This document shows, piece after piece, positions 55,229 to 63,897 of a DNA stretch of 64,000 nt; the first letter of the stretch is position 1; every line of letters starts with the position of its first letter. Source of the DNA: a virus. Taxonomy: Duplodnaviria; Heunggongvirae; Uroviricota; Caudoviricetes. The position numbers and the translations under genes are program-made. The stretch spans positions 80,253-144,252 of the IMG/VR virus record IMGVR_UViG_3300013121_000049. The stretch is one strand, 5' to 3'. Below the pieces are notes generated by a model. That model did no database searches. It saw only the letters and a list, made by a program, of their open reading frames with translations, and was not told the DNA's origin.

Positions 55229-57117
55229 GCAACATCTCCATGCAGGTCTCCACGTCCAAGCTGATGCAGAGCCTGACCTATGCCTTCAACTCCCCGCGGT
55301 CTGTGCTCGGCGAGCTCCTGCAAAACTCCCGCCGGGCAAAAGCGAAAAACATCGTGCTGACCGTCGAGATGACCTTCTTGCGGCCGGATGGCGAACCTCT
55401 GGTAGTCACGCTGGGCCGCGATGAATGGGACGCTGTTTCCAGCGACTTCATGAACGCCGCGTACACCAGCCATGTTCGTCGAGATCTGAAGAACACCACC
55501 CTGACCTCATTGAGCTTCGAGGTCTGCGACGACGGCTGCGGCATCGACGACTTCCAGAAGCTCTTCTGCCTGGCCGACTCCGGCTGGTCGGACGACGTGA
55601 TGGAGGCGGAAGGCCCCTACGGCCTGGGGTTCTTCTCGGCTATCGTCAGCGCACCGCGTATCCTGTTGTCCAGCCGGGGCATTCGCCTGGACGTCAACTC
55701 CGCCGCGCTCATCTCCGGCAATGGCGTCGCCATTACGGAGACGCACACAGAGGACACGGGGAAGACGGTTGTCCGCCTTGAGGGAATTGATGCCTCCCGG
55801 ATGATCTCCGGTAACCTCACGGTGGACTCCTACGCCTACTCCAAGATGTGCTACGCCAATCTGGTCGAATACATCCAGAAGCTGGTCCAGGCGTTCCCTG
55901 TCCCGGTCCGCCTCCCCGACGGCTACCGCATCCAGTCTCCCTTTGCGGATATCCCCGGACGCCACGGTGTCGCCCTGCCCTGCGGCAGTCGAGCTATTTT
56001 CGGCCGCCCGGTAACAGGTCTCACTGCGTTCCGCAAGCCCGAGCAGGAAGCTGAGTTCTGGAAGCGGTACGTTCGCTATGCCGGCTCAATGTCCACCAGC
56101 GTGATGTACAGCCTGCAGAGCTTGCCTATTGAGGTATCCACCACCGGCATGCTGCCATCGCACGGCAGCCGGTCCCGTCGGTACTACCACGCCATGGTGC
56201 ATCTCAACTCTCGCAGCTACCGGGGCCGCCTGCCGGACCGCAGCCACATTTACGGCGAAGACGAACGCAGTGCGGACCTCACGGCTATTCGGGAGGACCT
56301 TTACGGCATGGTGGCGAAGCGGCGGATTGACCGCGAAGCCCCGCAGTTTGGCGACAACGTCTGGGCAGACGCCGCCATCCGCTGGTTGATGCCCATCTTT
56401 TCGGGCAGGTCCGTAGTGCACGGAATGGTGCCCATGATCGAGATGGTTCCGTCGTCTATCTGCATGGGACCGCGCTTGGGGTCACCCCATCGTTTTCAAG
56501 GCAGCGATACCCTGGCCAAGACAATGGATCTGGCCAGACTGCTCGGGGCAAGCCGCCAAATCCTCTGCCGGGACATGCTGTCGTCCGACGGAAGCTGCCC
56601 CTTGACCACCCCGGAAACCATGGTGCTGGTCGCGTCGTTTTCTTACGTAGTGGACACTGTATTCACCGAGGTTTACCCGGAAGTCCCTGTGACCACGGTA
56701 TCCTCTGTGGTAGAAGAGACAAGGGCTATCGTCAACCGAATTCAAGACCGCAAAGACGAGGCTCCGATTGTCATTCGCGCAGGTCTCCCGGAGTTCGTTT
56801 TTCACGAAGACCCGGTCCCCGCCATGTTCATCATCGGTAACCGCGCGTATCTTCCGAAACGACCGGGGATCACCCAGGAAGTTGCCGGCAAGCGATTGGC
56901 GCATATCCACCGGACGTCCTCTTACCCGAGCGCTCACCTCAAGGAGTTTGTGGCGGCGGCCTTGAAAGGCATGGGCCTGGACGAGGGGTTCCTGCTCAAG
57001 GAGTTCCGTGACAACCTCAACGATGACAGCGAGTTTCGCCAGCTGATTTCCGGCGGGGCTTTTACCCTCACCTTTGATGACAAGGGAGAACTGACGTATG
57101 TCGCAAGAGTACGGTAG
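55225..57117 (+). CDS. MutL-like GHKL-family ATPase (630 aa)
   Basis: N-box ELLQNSRRAKAK (compare MutL ELVENSLDAGAT; the Asp is replaced by Arg). G1 box VCDDGCGID (compare DNGCGI). G2 box PYGLGFFSAIVSA (compare GFRGEALASIS). Its size matches MutL. Confidence 0.7.
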   Translation: MSNISMQVSTSKLMQSLTYAFNSPRSVLGELLQNSRRAKAKNIVLTVEMTFLRPDGEPLVVTLGRDEWDAVSSDFMNAAYTSHVRRDLKNTTLTSLSFEVCDDGCGIDDFQKLFCLADSGWSDDVMEAEGPYGLGFFSAIVSAPRILLSSRGIRLDVNSAALISGNGVAITETHTEDTGKTVVRLEGIDASRMISGNLTVDSYAYSKMCYANLVEYIQKLVQAFPVPVRLPDGYRIQSPFADIPGRHGVALPCGSRAIFGRPVTGLTAFRKPEQEAEFWKRYVRYAGSMSTSVMYSLQSLPIEVSTTGMLPSHGSRSRRYYHAMVHLNSRSYRGRLPDRSHIYGEDERSADLTAIREDLYGMVAKRRIDREAPQFGDNVWADAAIRWLMPIFSGRSVVHGMVPMIEMVPSSICMGPRLGSPHRFQGSDTLAKTMDLARLLGASRQILCRDMLSSDGSCPLTTPETMVLVASFSYVVDTVFTEVYPEVPVTTVSSVVEETRAIVNRIQDRKDEAPIVIRAGLPEFVFHEDPVPAMFIIGNRAYLPKRPGITQEVAGKRLAHIHRTSSYPSAHLKEFVAAALKGMGLDEGFLLKEFRDNLNDDSEFRQLISGGAFTLTFDDKGELTYVARVR

Positions 57118-58630
57118 CCGTGCGCCTCGCCGCCGGTCCAGCCTGTCTGTGCTTCAGGAGCCCGGCGACCAGGTCACCGTCACCGTAGGCCAGGACACCG
57201 TAAAGGTGTCCGCGTCAGCCGACGATCCGCCGTGGGACAGAGAGCCTGTCCCCGTCTTTGACCTCCCGGACGAACCCGTGGTTCCTTCCCGACTGGCGGC
57301 GGAAAAGCCGGCTGAGAAGAAGCCCAAGAAAATCCTGATCCGCGACATGACGGCGGATCAGGTCTACGCGGCCGTGGAAGAACGCGGCAAGGTCACGCCG
57401 TCCCTGCAGGCCAGATTGAAGGAGATCGAGGACTTTTCCCAACTGTCCCCCCGCTGGTGCGAAAAGATTTGCCAGGCGCCTTGCGGAAAGAACCCCAACA
57501 CCACGGTTCGCGGCGACGCGGACATTGTCATCCTCACGTCGGTCAAATCCAGCGGCTCCCGCTTCAAGACCGGCGACGAGGAGGACAAGAAGCGTATCGA
57601 GGTCTGGTCTTTCATTGCCAACCGCGTGGCGCCGGACCTGCGCATCAAGGTCGTCTACGGCATGATCTGCCGCCCGGAGTTCCCCGACGGAACGCCGGAA
57701 AAAGACCGCAAGGTCAGCATGAGCAAGATCAAGCCGTGCTTTGCCTACCAGGAGCATTACCTGCGGACGCACCGGCCCAAGGTCATCATCGCCACCAGCG
57801 CGGCCGACCTTGGCCTGCTGGGCATCAAGGTGTCGATGAACAAGGGCTTGTCCAGCATCCAGGAATGGAACGGCATCCCCGTGGTGGTGACGCTGAACGT
57901 CGCACAAACCATGATGATCCGCCAGAACCAGCAGGGCGGTCGATGGGGCGTCGACATGTTCTTCCTCATCCAGAAGGACCTGGAGAAGGCCGCACGGATT
58001 GCCCGCGGCGAGTTCAACCCGGTAGGGCGATCCCCGGTGGACGTGATGAACTGGATGCGGTCCACAGGGCAACTGAAGGTTCTGGACACCCTGCAGAAAG
58101 TCCGAGAGTTCTGCATGCACGCGGCGTCCCTGCCGGCCAACAAGATGCTGACCTTCGACATCGAGTCGACGGGGCTGGATCCCTGGGCGGAAGACGCGCG
58201 CATCCTGACCATCCAGTTCGGCCTGACGGTCAACGGCAGGTCGGACGGGTTTGTCGTCCCCCTCTGGCACCGGGACAACCGGTTCTACAACCCCGACGAC
58301 GCATGGACGCTGGTTGCCATGGTCCTGACGGCTGACGTCAGCAAGGCCGGCCACGACGGGCGATTCGACATCCGCTACATCCAGGTCACGACGGGCGTCC
58401 GTGTCCGTAACTATCGGCTGGACACGTTGCTGCTCTTGCACTCGCGATCCAGCGGGCTGCAGAAATGCTACGGTCTGAAGAAAGCCGTCTGGGACGAAAT
58501 ACCGGAAAGCGGTCTTGGCGGGTACGACGACGTGATCGTCGAGAAGACCCCTGAAGAAGCGCTTGAGGATGACCCCGAAGACCTGGCCGACAACCCATTG
58601 GAGGAGCCTATTGAAGCCGCTCAATCTTGA
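57098..58630 (+). CDS. DNA polymerase I-family protein, N-terminal part: a domain of unknown identity (possibly UDG-like) plus 3'-5' exonuclease motifs Exo I and Exo II
   Basis: Exo I motif MLTFDIESTGLDPW. It overlaps the GHKL gene by 20 nt. The Exo III motif is absent here and is found at the N-terminus of the 59474 gene. Confidence 0.75.
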   Translation: MSQEYGSRAPRRRSSLSVLQEPGDQVTVTVGQDTVKVSASADDPPWDREPVPVFDLPDEPVVPSRLAAEKPAEKKPKKILIRDMTADQVYAAVEERGKVTPSLQARLKEIEDFSQLSPRWCEKICQAPCGKNPNTTVRGDADIVILTSVKSSGSRFKTGDEEDKKRIEVWSFIANRVAPDLRIKVVYGMICRPEFPDGTPEKDRKVSMSKIKPCFAYQEHYLRTHRPKVIIATSAADLGLLGIKVSMNKGLSSIQEWNGIPVVVTLNVAQTMMIRQNQQGGRWGVDMFFLIQKDLEKAARIARGEFNPVGRSPVDVMNWMRSTGQLKVLDTLQKVREFCMHAASLPANKMLTFDIESTGLDPWAEDARILTIQFGLTVNGRSDGFVVPLWHRDNRFYNPDDAWTLVAMVLTADVSKAGHDGRFDIRYIQVTTGVRVRNYRLDTLLLLHSRSSGLQKCYGLKKAVWDEIPESGLGGYDDVIVEKTPEEALEDDPEDLADNPLEEPIEAAQS

Positions 58631-58634
58631 TGGC

Positions 58635-59090
58635 ATGCTAGGGGGACTGTCCGACTGGACCCTCCCCATGCCCGCCATCGACACGAACCAGCCAGCCCTT
58701 ATCGGTGGGCAAACCGCAGTATTCATCCGCCAGGACCAGATCGGCCCTAACGTGGTCCTGTACTTTTGCAAACAGTCGTCGATCGAGGTGTCCCCTTTCA
58801 AGATCGACGGCACGCCGTACAGCGCCGGAGACATCGCCTTGATGGGGTTGTCCGGTGTAGCCAGCGATTCCCCGGTAGCCAATGGCAGCGCCAATACCGA
58901 CACGATCTACATCGTGATGCGGCGCGGCTCCTACAAGGTGGTCCATGATTTGAAGGAGGTGCTCGCCGAGAGCACCTTGCTCGGTGTTCGTCCGGAGGGG
59001 CTTCTTGAACTGCAGGTGGGACTGCTCAACGAAGCCCCGACGGCGATTCTCAGCGCGGAAGTGCTCAACGTCGATTCCGTCTTGCACTAG
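58635..59090 (+). CDS. hypothetical protein (151 aa), encoded between the two DNA polymerase fragments
   Basis: ORF 58563..59090, trimmed to the ATG at 58635. The ribosome-binding site is weak. Confidence 0.4.
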   Translation: MLGGLSDWTLPMPAIDTNQPALIGGQTAVFIRQDQIGPNVVLYFCKQSSIEVSPFKIDGTPYSAGDIALMGLSGVASDSPVANGSANTDTIYIVMRRGSYKVVHDLKEVLAESTLLGVRPEGLLELQVGLLNEAPTAILSAEVLNVDSVLH

Positions 59091-59415
59091 GCGGTTGGCC
59101 GTCGTCCTGGTAAGCCTCAATGAGCAGGCTCAGGACTTCCTCCAGCCGCTTTTCCGCCGCCAAGAGGCGATCGTCTACGGCCTTGTGGCGTAATGCCTCC
59201 ATTTCCTTGTAATGCTCGATGTGGGTGCGAAGCTCCTCTACGGTAGCTTCCACCCGGCTTTTCCACGTCTCCTCTTCGATCAGATCCTTCTTTTTTTGCC
59301 GGAAGTAATTCACGCCATTCCATAGGATGGTGACGACTCCCGAGATGAAGCCCACGATGGCGAGAACATACCCCATCAGGTCTTTTGTGGTATCAGGATT
59401 AGGAGGAGCAGCCAT
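59065..59415 (-). CDS. single-pass membrane protein with a cytoplasmic coiled coil (116 aa); the only minus-strand gene in the plus-strand replication cluster
   Basis: Transmembrane helix LMGYVLAIVGFISGVVTILW followed by charged heptad-like EEETWKSRVEATVEELRTHIEHYKEMEALRH. Confidence 0.5.
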   Translation of the reverse strand: MAAPPNPDTTKDLMGYVLAIVGFISGVVTILWNGVNYFRQKKKDLIEEETWKSRVEATVEELRTHIEHYKEMEALRHKAVDDRLLAAEKRLEEVLSLLIEAYQDDGQPPSARRNRR

Positions 59416-59473
59416 TTTTGCTAGCCTTTCTTGCGGGAGGTTTTGATGATTTTACCCCATAGGAGATGTCCGT

Positions 59474-61132
59474 ATGGCTAAGGCGAAAAACATTGCCTTT
59501 GAAAACGTGGACTTCCACGACCTGTGCAATTACGCGGGGACGGATGGCATCGTGACCCTGGAGATCATGAAGCGGATCTGGCCGGACGTAACCCGCAAAC
59601 CGATCTACCGGTATTTCTTCCAGAACGGCGAGGTCAAGGACATCGTCCTGCCGTCCATTGTCGAGGAGATGGATACCGTCAAGATGCCTGCCCACGAATT
59701 CCTCACGGACATGGAGGTTGAGGGCATGCCCTACGACAAGGAGCGCGCCGAGATCATGGGCACGGCGATGCGCCGGGAGATCGAGAGCCTGGAGCGTCGC
59801 ATCCACGACTTCATCGACCCCGGCTACAACCTGGATTCGGACAAGGATTTGACGGCCCTGCTCTATACGCCGCAGGGATTCAACCTCAAGTCGCCGTTCA
59901 AGACGAAGAAGGGCGGCGAAGCCACCAGCTACGAAGCTCTGGAAGTCCTGATTGGCAACTACCCGGAGCACGAAGCCTGGCTGAAGCCGCTGGCTCGCCG
60001 CCGCAAGGTCGCCGGCATCTACCGGGGCTTCATCGAGACCTACCGGGAAAAATACGTGCGCCGCGACGGCAAGGTGCACGCCAGCTACAACTTGTTCGGG
60101 ACGAGTTCACACCGCATTTCGTCGAACGATCCGAACATGCTCAACCTGCCGGCTTGGCGGTCCAGCAAACCATACGACCTGCGCAGCCTGTATACCGTGC
60201 CGCGCAAGATGTCGCCGGACGGCCTGAACGTCATCAACGAAATCTTCGCCTTCATCACGATGGACTTCTCTTCTTGCGAAGTGAAGATCTTGGCGGCGCT
60301 CTGCGAAGACGAGGGGCTGATCCAGGCCTGCCGGGAGGGCAAGGATTTCCATACGTACACCTTCAGTACGATTTCCGGCATCCCGTACGACGACATTCGC
60401 AAGGTACTGAAGGCCAGCGAAGCCGCCCTGAAAGCAGACCCGACTCTGGCCAAACTCCATGAGGAGTATAGTGATCAGAGGCAAGCCTATAAGGCAACGA
60501 CCTTTGGACTTATCTATGGGTCCTCTAATGAAGCGATTGCTACTGGTATCGGCAGGCCCATTGATGAGGTCAACAAGATCATCGAGGCGTACTTCACGAC
60601 GTTCCCGAAGATCAAGACGTTCATCGAAAACGCGCACCGCATGGCGATCCACAATCACTACCTGGTGACGCCGTTCGGTCAGCGCAAGCAAGCCGCCGGC
60701 ACCCTGCCGTGCTTCCGCAAGACGGCGGTCTACAACGCCAGCCTGCGTAACGCCCAGAACTTCCTGGTGCAGAGCACCGCATCGACGTTGGGTCTGCTGG
60801 TCTTCACCGAGATCAACAAGAAACTGCGCGAGATGGGCGGCGCCGTGATCTGCACGGTGTACGACTCCTGGGAAGGCTACGTCCCGATTTCCCGACTGGC
60901 GGAAGCTGTCGAGATGGGCTTTTACTACATGAACGATTGGCCGCAACAGCAATGGAGCTGGCTGACGTTCCCGATTGGCGCCGACGCGGAAGTCGGCATC
61001 AACTGGGGCAAGTCGCTGCAAGAAGTGAAGCGCGGCGTGACCCAGGAACAGTGCCTGAAGGCCGTGGAGGAGTCCCGGCATCTTCAGGAAAAATACGACC
61101 AACAAATGTGGGACGCCGCCTACGCGGCCTAA
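59474..61132 (+). CDS. DNA polymerase I-family polymerase domain (552 aa), with Exo III at its N-terminus
   Basis: Exo III YxxxD (CNYAGTDGIVTLEI). Motif A ITMDFSSCEVKILA. Motif B RQAYKATTFGLIYGSS. Motif C ICTVYDSWEG. GGAG ribosome-binding site. Confidence 0.88.
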   Translation: MAKAKNIAFENVDFHDLCNYAGTDGIVTLEIMKRIWPDVTRKPIYRYFFQNGEVKDIVLPSIVEEMDTVKMPAHEFLTDMEVEGMPYDKERAEIMGTAMRREIESLERRIHDFIDPGYNLDSDKDLTALLYTPQGFNLKSPFKTKKGGEATSYEALEVLIGNYPEHEAWLKPLARRRKVAGIYRGFIETYREKYVRRDGKVHASYNLFGTSSHRISSNDPNMLNLPAWRSSKPYDLRSLYTVPRKMSPDGLNVINEIFAFITMDFSSCEVKILAALCEDEGLIQACREGKDFHTYTFSTISGIPYDDIRKVLKASEAALKADPTLAKLHEEYSDQRQAYKATTFGLIYGSSNEAIATGIGRPIDEVNKIIEAYFTTFPKIKTFIENAHRMAIHNHYLVTPFGQRKQAAGTLPCFRKTAVYNASLRNAQNFLVQSTASTLGLLVFTEINKKLREMGGAVICTVYDSWEGYVPISRLAEAVEMGFYYMNDWPQQQWSWLTFPIGADAEVGINWGKSLQEVKRGVTQEQCLKAVEESRHLQEKYDQQMWDAAYAA

Positions 61133-61147
61133 CCACGGAGATCCTCA

Positions 61148-62050
61148 ATGACTGGTTTTCTGATGTTCTTCTCGATTGTGTTCGCTGTCTGGGCTATCTG
61201 CTGCAAGGTGTTCAAATCCGACCAGCACGCCCCGGGCATCCTCAAGCTGCCGGTTGCGTTGCCTGCAGCTCTCTCCGCAGTCATGCTGCTGGCCTCGCTG
61301 GCCAGCCTGTTCAACCCTTTCGTGACCATTGGCCAAACCCAGGTGGGCGTTCTGAAGCAGTGGGGGCGCATCGCTTCGGACGACGGCCTGTCGCCCGGCC
61401 TGCACACCGTCATCCCCGTCATGCAGACCGTGGACATCTGGGACGTATCCTTCACCAAGACTGCCGGGAAATCCGATGCTTCCAGCCGCGACGTGCAGCG
61501 CACGACGACGGAGTGGGCGCTGACCTGGCACCTTGATCCGAAAGCTGTGGTTCCCTTGGCCAAGCGTTCCGGGAAGGACTTCGAGACGACGCTGATCCAG
61601 CCCGCCGTGCAGGAATCCCTGAAGTCGGTGACCGCCAAGTTCACCGCGGAAAACCTGATCGCCCAGCGGGAGGACGTGCGCAGCCAGGTCGACGCCCTGC
61701 TCAACGAAAAGCTCAGCAAGTACGGCATCCGCATCGACCAGTTCGCCATCATGAACTTCGACTTCAGCCGCCAGTTTGACAGCGCGGTCGAGGCCAAGCA
61801 GCAGGCCGAGCAAATGGCGCTGAAGGCCAAGAATGACCTGGACCGCGTGAAGATCGAAGCCGAGCAGAAGGTCGCCCAGGCCCAGGCGGAGGCCGACGCC
61901 TTGCGGGCCCAGCGCGAGCAGATCACCCCCGAGCTTCTGGAGCTTCGCCGCGTGCAAGTCGCCCAGGAAGCCGTTGCCAAGTGGGATGGCCGCCTGCCGA
62001 CAACCAACGCCGGCGGCGCGCTGCCCTTCCTTGACCTCGTCAAGAAGTAA
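61148..62050 (+). CDS. SPFH/Band-7 (prohibitin/HflKC-like) membrane protein
   Basis: N-terminal transmembrane helix (FLMFFSIVFAVWAICC). SPFH core. C-terminal prohibitin-like coiled coil (AVEAKQQAEQMALKAKNDLDRVKIEAEQKVAQAQAEADALRA). Confidence 0.8.
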   Translation: MTGFLMFFSIVFAVWAICCKVFKSDQHAPGILKLPVALPAALSAVMLLASLASLFNPFVTIGQTQVGVLKQWGRIASDDGLSPGLHTVIPVMQTVDIWDVSFTKTAGKSDASSRDVQRTTTEWALTWHLDPKAVVPLAKRSGKDFETTLIQPAVQESLKSVTAKFTAENLIAQREDVRSQVDALLNEKLSKYGIRIDQFAIMNFDFSRQFDSAVEAKQQAEQMALKAKNDLDRVKIEAEQKVAQAQAEADALRAQREQITPELLELRRVQVAQEAVAKWDGRLPTTNAGGALPFLDLVKK

Positions 62051-62053
62051 CCC

Positions 62054-62485
62054 ATGCGCCCCGGGTCTCCCCGGGGCACGGAGTCTGCCGTGAGAACCCG
62101 TACTTTCCACGAAGACCTGTTCTTCGAGCACATGAAGCCCTACCGCCCGGAAGGCGTCGAGAAGAACGCGCTGAATATCTGCCTGGACTCCAACCCCATG
62201 CTGGAGACCTACGGCGCAGACTATGAGTTTGTCCTGAAGGCCGATCCGAACTACCTGTGGACACTGCTGGAGGCAGACGGCGCTCTGTACATCACGTCCG
62301 GTCGGCACTTCGTCAACCGGATCGGCTACTACATCACCGAACTGCCTCACCATGGTCTACACTTGGAATTCCGCATGGGTCGCGACGAGCCCGCTCTGAC
62401 GGCGGTAGGGTTGAACGCCCGGAAAAAGACGTTGGACCGGATGATCGAGACCTACCGCAAGAACCACGCCGGAGAGATGTCATGA
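62054..62485 (+). CDS. hypothetical protein (143 aa)
   Basis: ORF located 3 nt after the upstream stop. Confidence 0.5.
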   Translation: MRPGSPRGTESAVRTRTFHEDLFFEHMKPYRPEGVEKNALNICLDSNPMLETYGADYEFVLKADPNYLWTLLEADGALYITSGRHFVNRIGYYITELPHHGLHLEFRMGRDEPALTAVGLNARKKTLDRMIETYRKNHAGEMS

Positions 62486-63093
62486 GCATGAGCGACAATA
62501 AAGCATCACCCTTCGCTGTCTTGACCACTGGGCCGAATACCCCGCTGACTTCCATCGTGGAACGGGCGATGGTTGATTGCGTGAAACCACCGTCTCCGTT
62601 CTACGTTAACGCCCGTACAGGAGAACCGTGGGAGGATGACGAGATTCATGCGTCCCTGATGCAGCAAGACGCCTCTCTTCAAGCTATGGCTGATCGGATC
62701 GGTGTACTCAAAGACCTCTTGCGCACCCCGCTGACCGCCGGCCGCACTTTCATGGACCAATTGCCTGCCACAAACGAGGTGCGGATAAAGACACCAATGT
62801 TAGGCAAACGGATCGACTCCACTCCTTGCCCGGTAATCTCAATGGACGGTCTGACCCTTGCCAAGGTCCGGGCAATCGTGGCGGCGGCCGCCGGCCTGCT
62901 CACGGACGCCGACGACACCCCGGTGGAAGCCGACTCCCCGACGCTGCGCAACATCCTCCGCATGCAGCGCGAACTGGAGGACCTCCGTACGCCGAAACAG
63001 GCGGTCGCCGTTCAGGCTGCAGGCCCGGGCAAAGCGCTCTCCACTGATTACTTCCTGGCCTGTCGTCAGGACGGTAGGCATCCGCTGGCGTAA
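62482..63093 (+). CDS. hypothetical protein (203 aa)
   Basis: ORF 62257..63093, trimmed to the ATG at 62482 that forms an ATGA overlap. Confidence 0.5.
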   Translation: MSMSDNKASPFAVLTTGPNTPLTSIVERAMVDCVKPPSPFYVNARTGEPWEDDEIHASLMQQDASLQAMADRIGVLKDLLRTPLTAGRTFMDQLPATNEVRIKTPMLGKRIDSTPCPVISMDGLTLAKVRAIVAAAAGLLTDADDTPVEADSPTLRNILRMQRELEDLRTPKQAVAVQAAGPGKALSTDYFLACRQDGRHPLA

Positions 63094-63124
63094 ACTCCAT
63101 GGACAATGTCTTTGGGAGACGGCC

Positions 63125-63394
63125 ATGACCCCGCGCGAGCAGGTAGACCAGTACGCCATTCTCAATGCAGTCTTTGAGCTGGAGACTTACGCCAAGCACT
63201 TGGACTGCTCCACGGAGCACGACTGGCTGAGGTTACCTACCCAGGCTCCCTTCGTCCTGCGGGAGCGTCTGTCCACCGCCAAGGATGTGCTGGTCTTTTT
63301 CGGCATGTTGCATGAAGCCGGAGACCAGTTCTACATCGACAAGGAACACCCGCTCTACGATCACCGGAAGCTCTACGCGCCTTCCCCCGTCTAG
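63125..63394 (+). CDS. hypothetical protein (89 aa)
   Basis: ORF 62858..63394, trimmed to the ATG at 63125 after a GGGAGACGGCC ribosome-binding site. Confidence 0.5.
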   Translation: MTPREQVDQYAILNAVFELETYAKHLDCSTEHDWLRLPTQAPFVLRERLSTAKDVLVFFGMLHEAGDQFYIDKEHPLYDHRKLYAPSPV

Positions 63395-63417
63395 GTTTTA
63401 CGGAAAACCGCAGGCAT

Positions 63418-63426
63418 GGTATAAAT
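63418..63426 (+). promoter_or_regulatory. promoter-like motif TGGTATAAA
   Basis: Lies 31 nt upstream of the ATG at 63457. It is preceded by the GGTTTTacggAAAACC hairpin. Confidence 0.4.
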
Positions 63427-63456
63427 CGCCTACGATTTACTCACCCGAGACCGATC

Positions 63457-63897
63457 ATGTCTGACGTCGAAGAGAAGCCCGTAGAGGCCGCTGCGGAGGT
63501 CGTTACCGAGGTTCCCGCAGAAAAGCCCGCCAAGAAGGCGGCCAAGGCCGCCGCCCCCAAGGACCCTGTTGCTTCTGCTCCGGTTACCGTGCCCCTTGCG
63601 GCAGCCGAAGCGCTGGAGGCTATCGTGGACTCTCCGCTGTATCGCCAGATCCGGCTGACCACGCTGTCCTCCTTGATGCTGTACGAGCCGAACTGGTCTT
63701 TCCTGGCGCCCAAGATGTCCAGCCTGTGCGTGGCTATGCGCGATCTTTGCGAGGGGGATACCTCTCTGTCCTCCGAACGAACTCGTCTGGCGGTCGCCGC
63801 GCTGCCTGCGCTGATTACCGCATCCACTGACCAAGAAGACCGGTGGAACCGCATTGCCCACCGGGCATTTGCCGTCGCCGACCTGTGCCTCCGCTGA
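63457..63897 (+). CDS. hypothetical protein (146 aa) with an Ala/Lys/Pro-rich, histone-H1-like N-terminal tail
   Basis: ORF with the N-terminal low-complexity segment AEKPAKKAAKAAAPK. Confidence 0.55.
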   Translation: MSDVEEKPVEAAAEVVTEVPAEKPAKKAAKAAAPKDPVASAPVTVPLAAAEALEAIVDSPLYRQIRLTTLSSLMLYEPNWSFLAPKMSSLCVAMRDLCEGDTSLSSERTRLAVAALPALITASTDQEDRWNRIAHRAFAVADLCLR

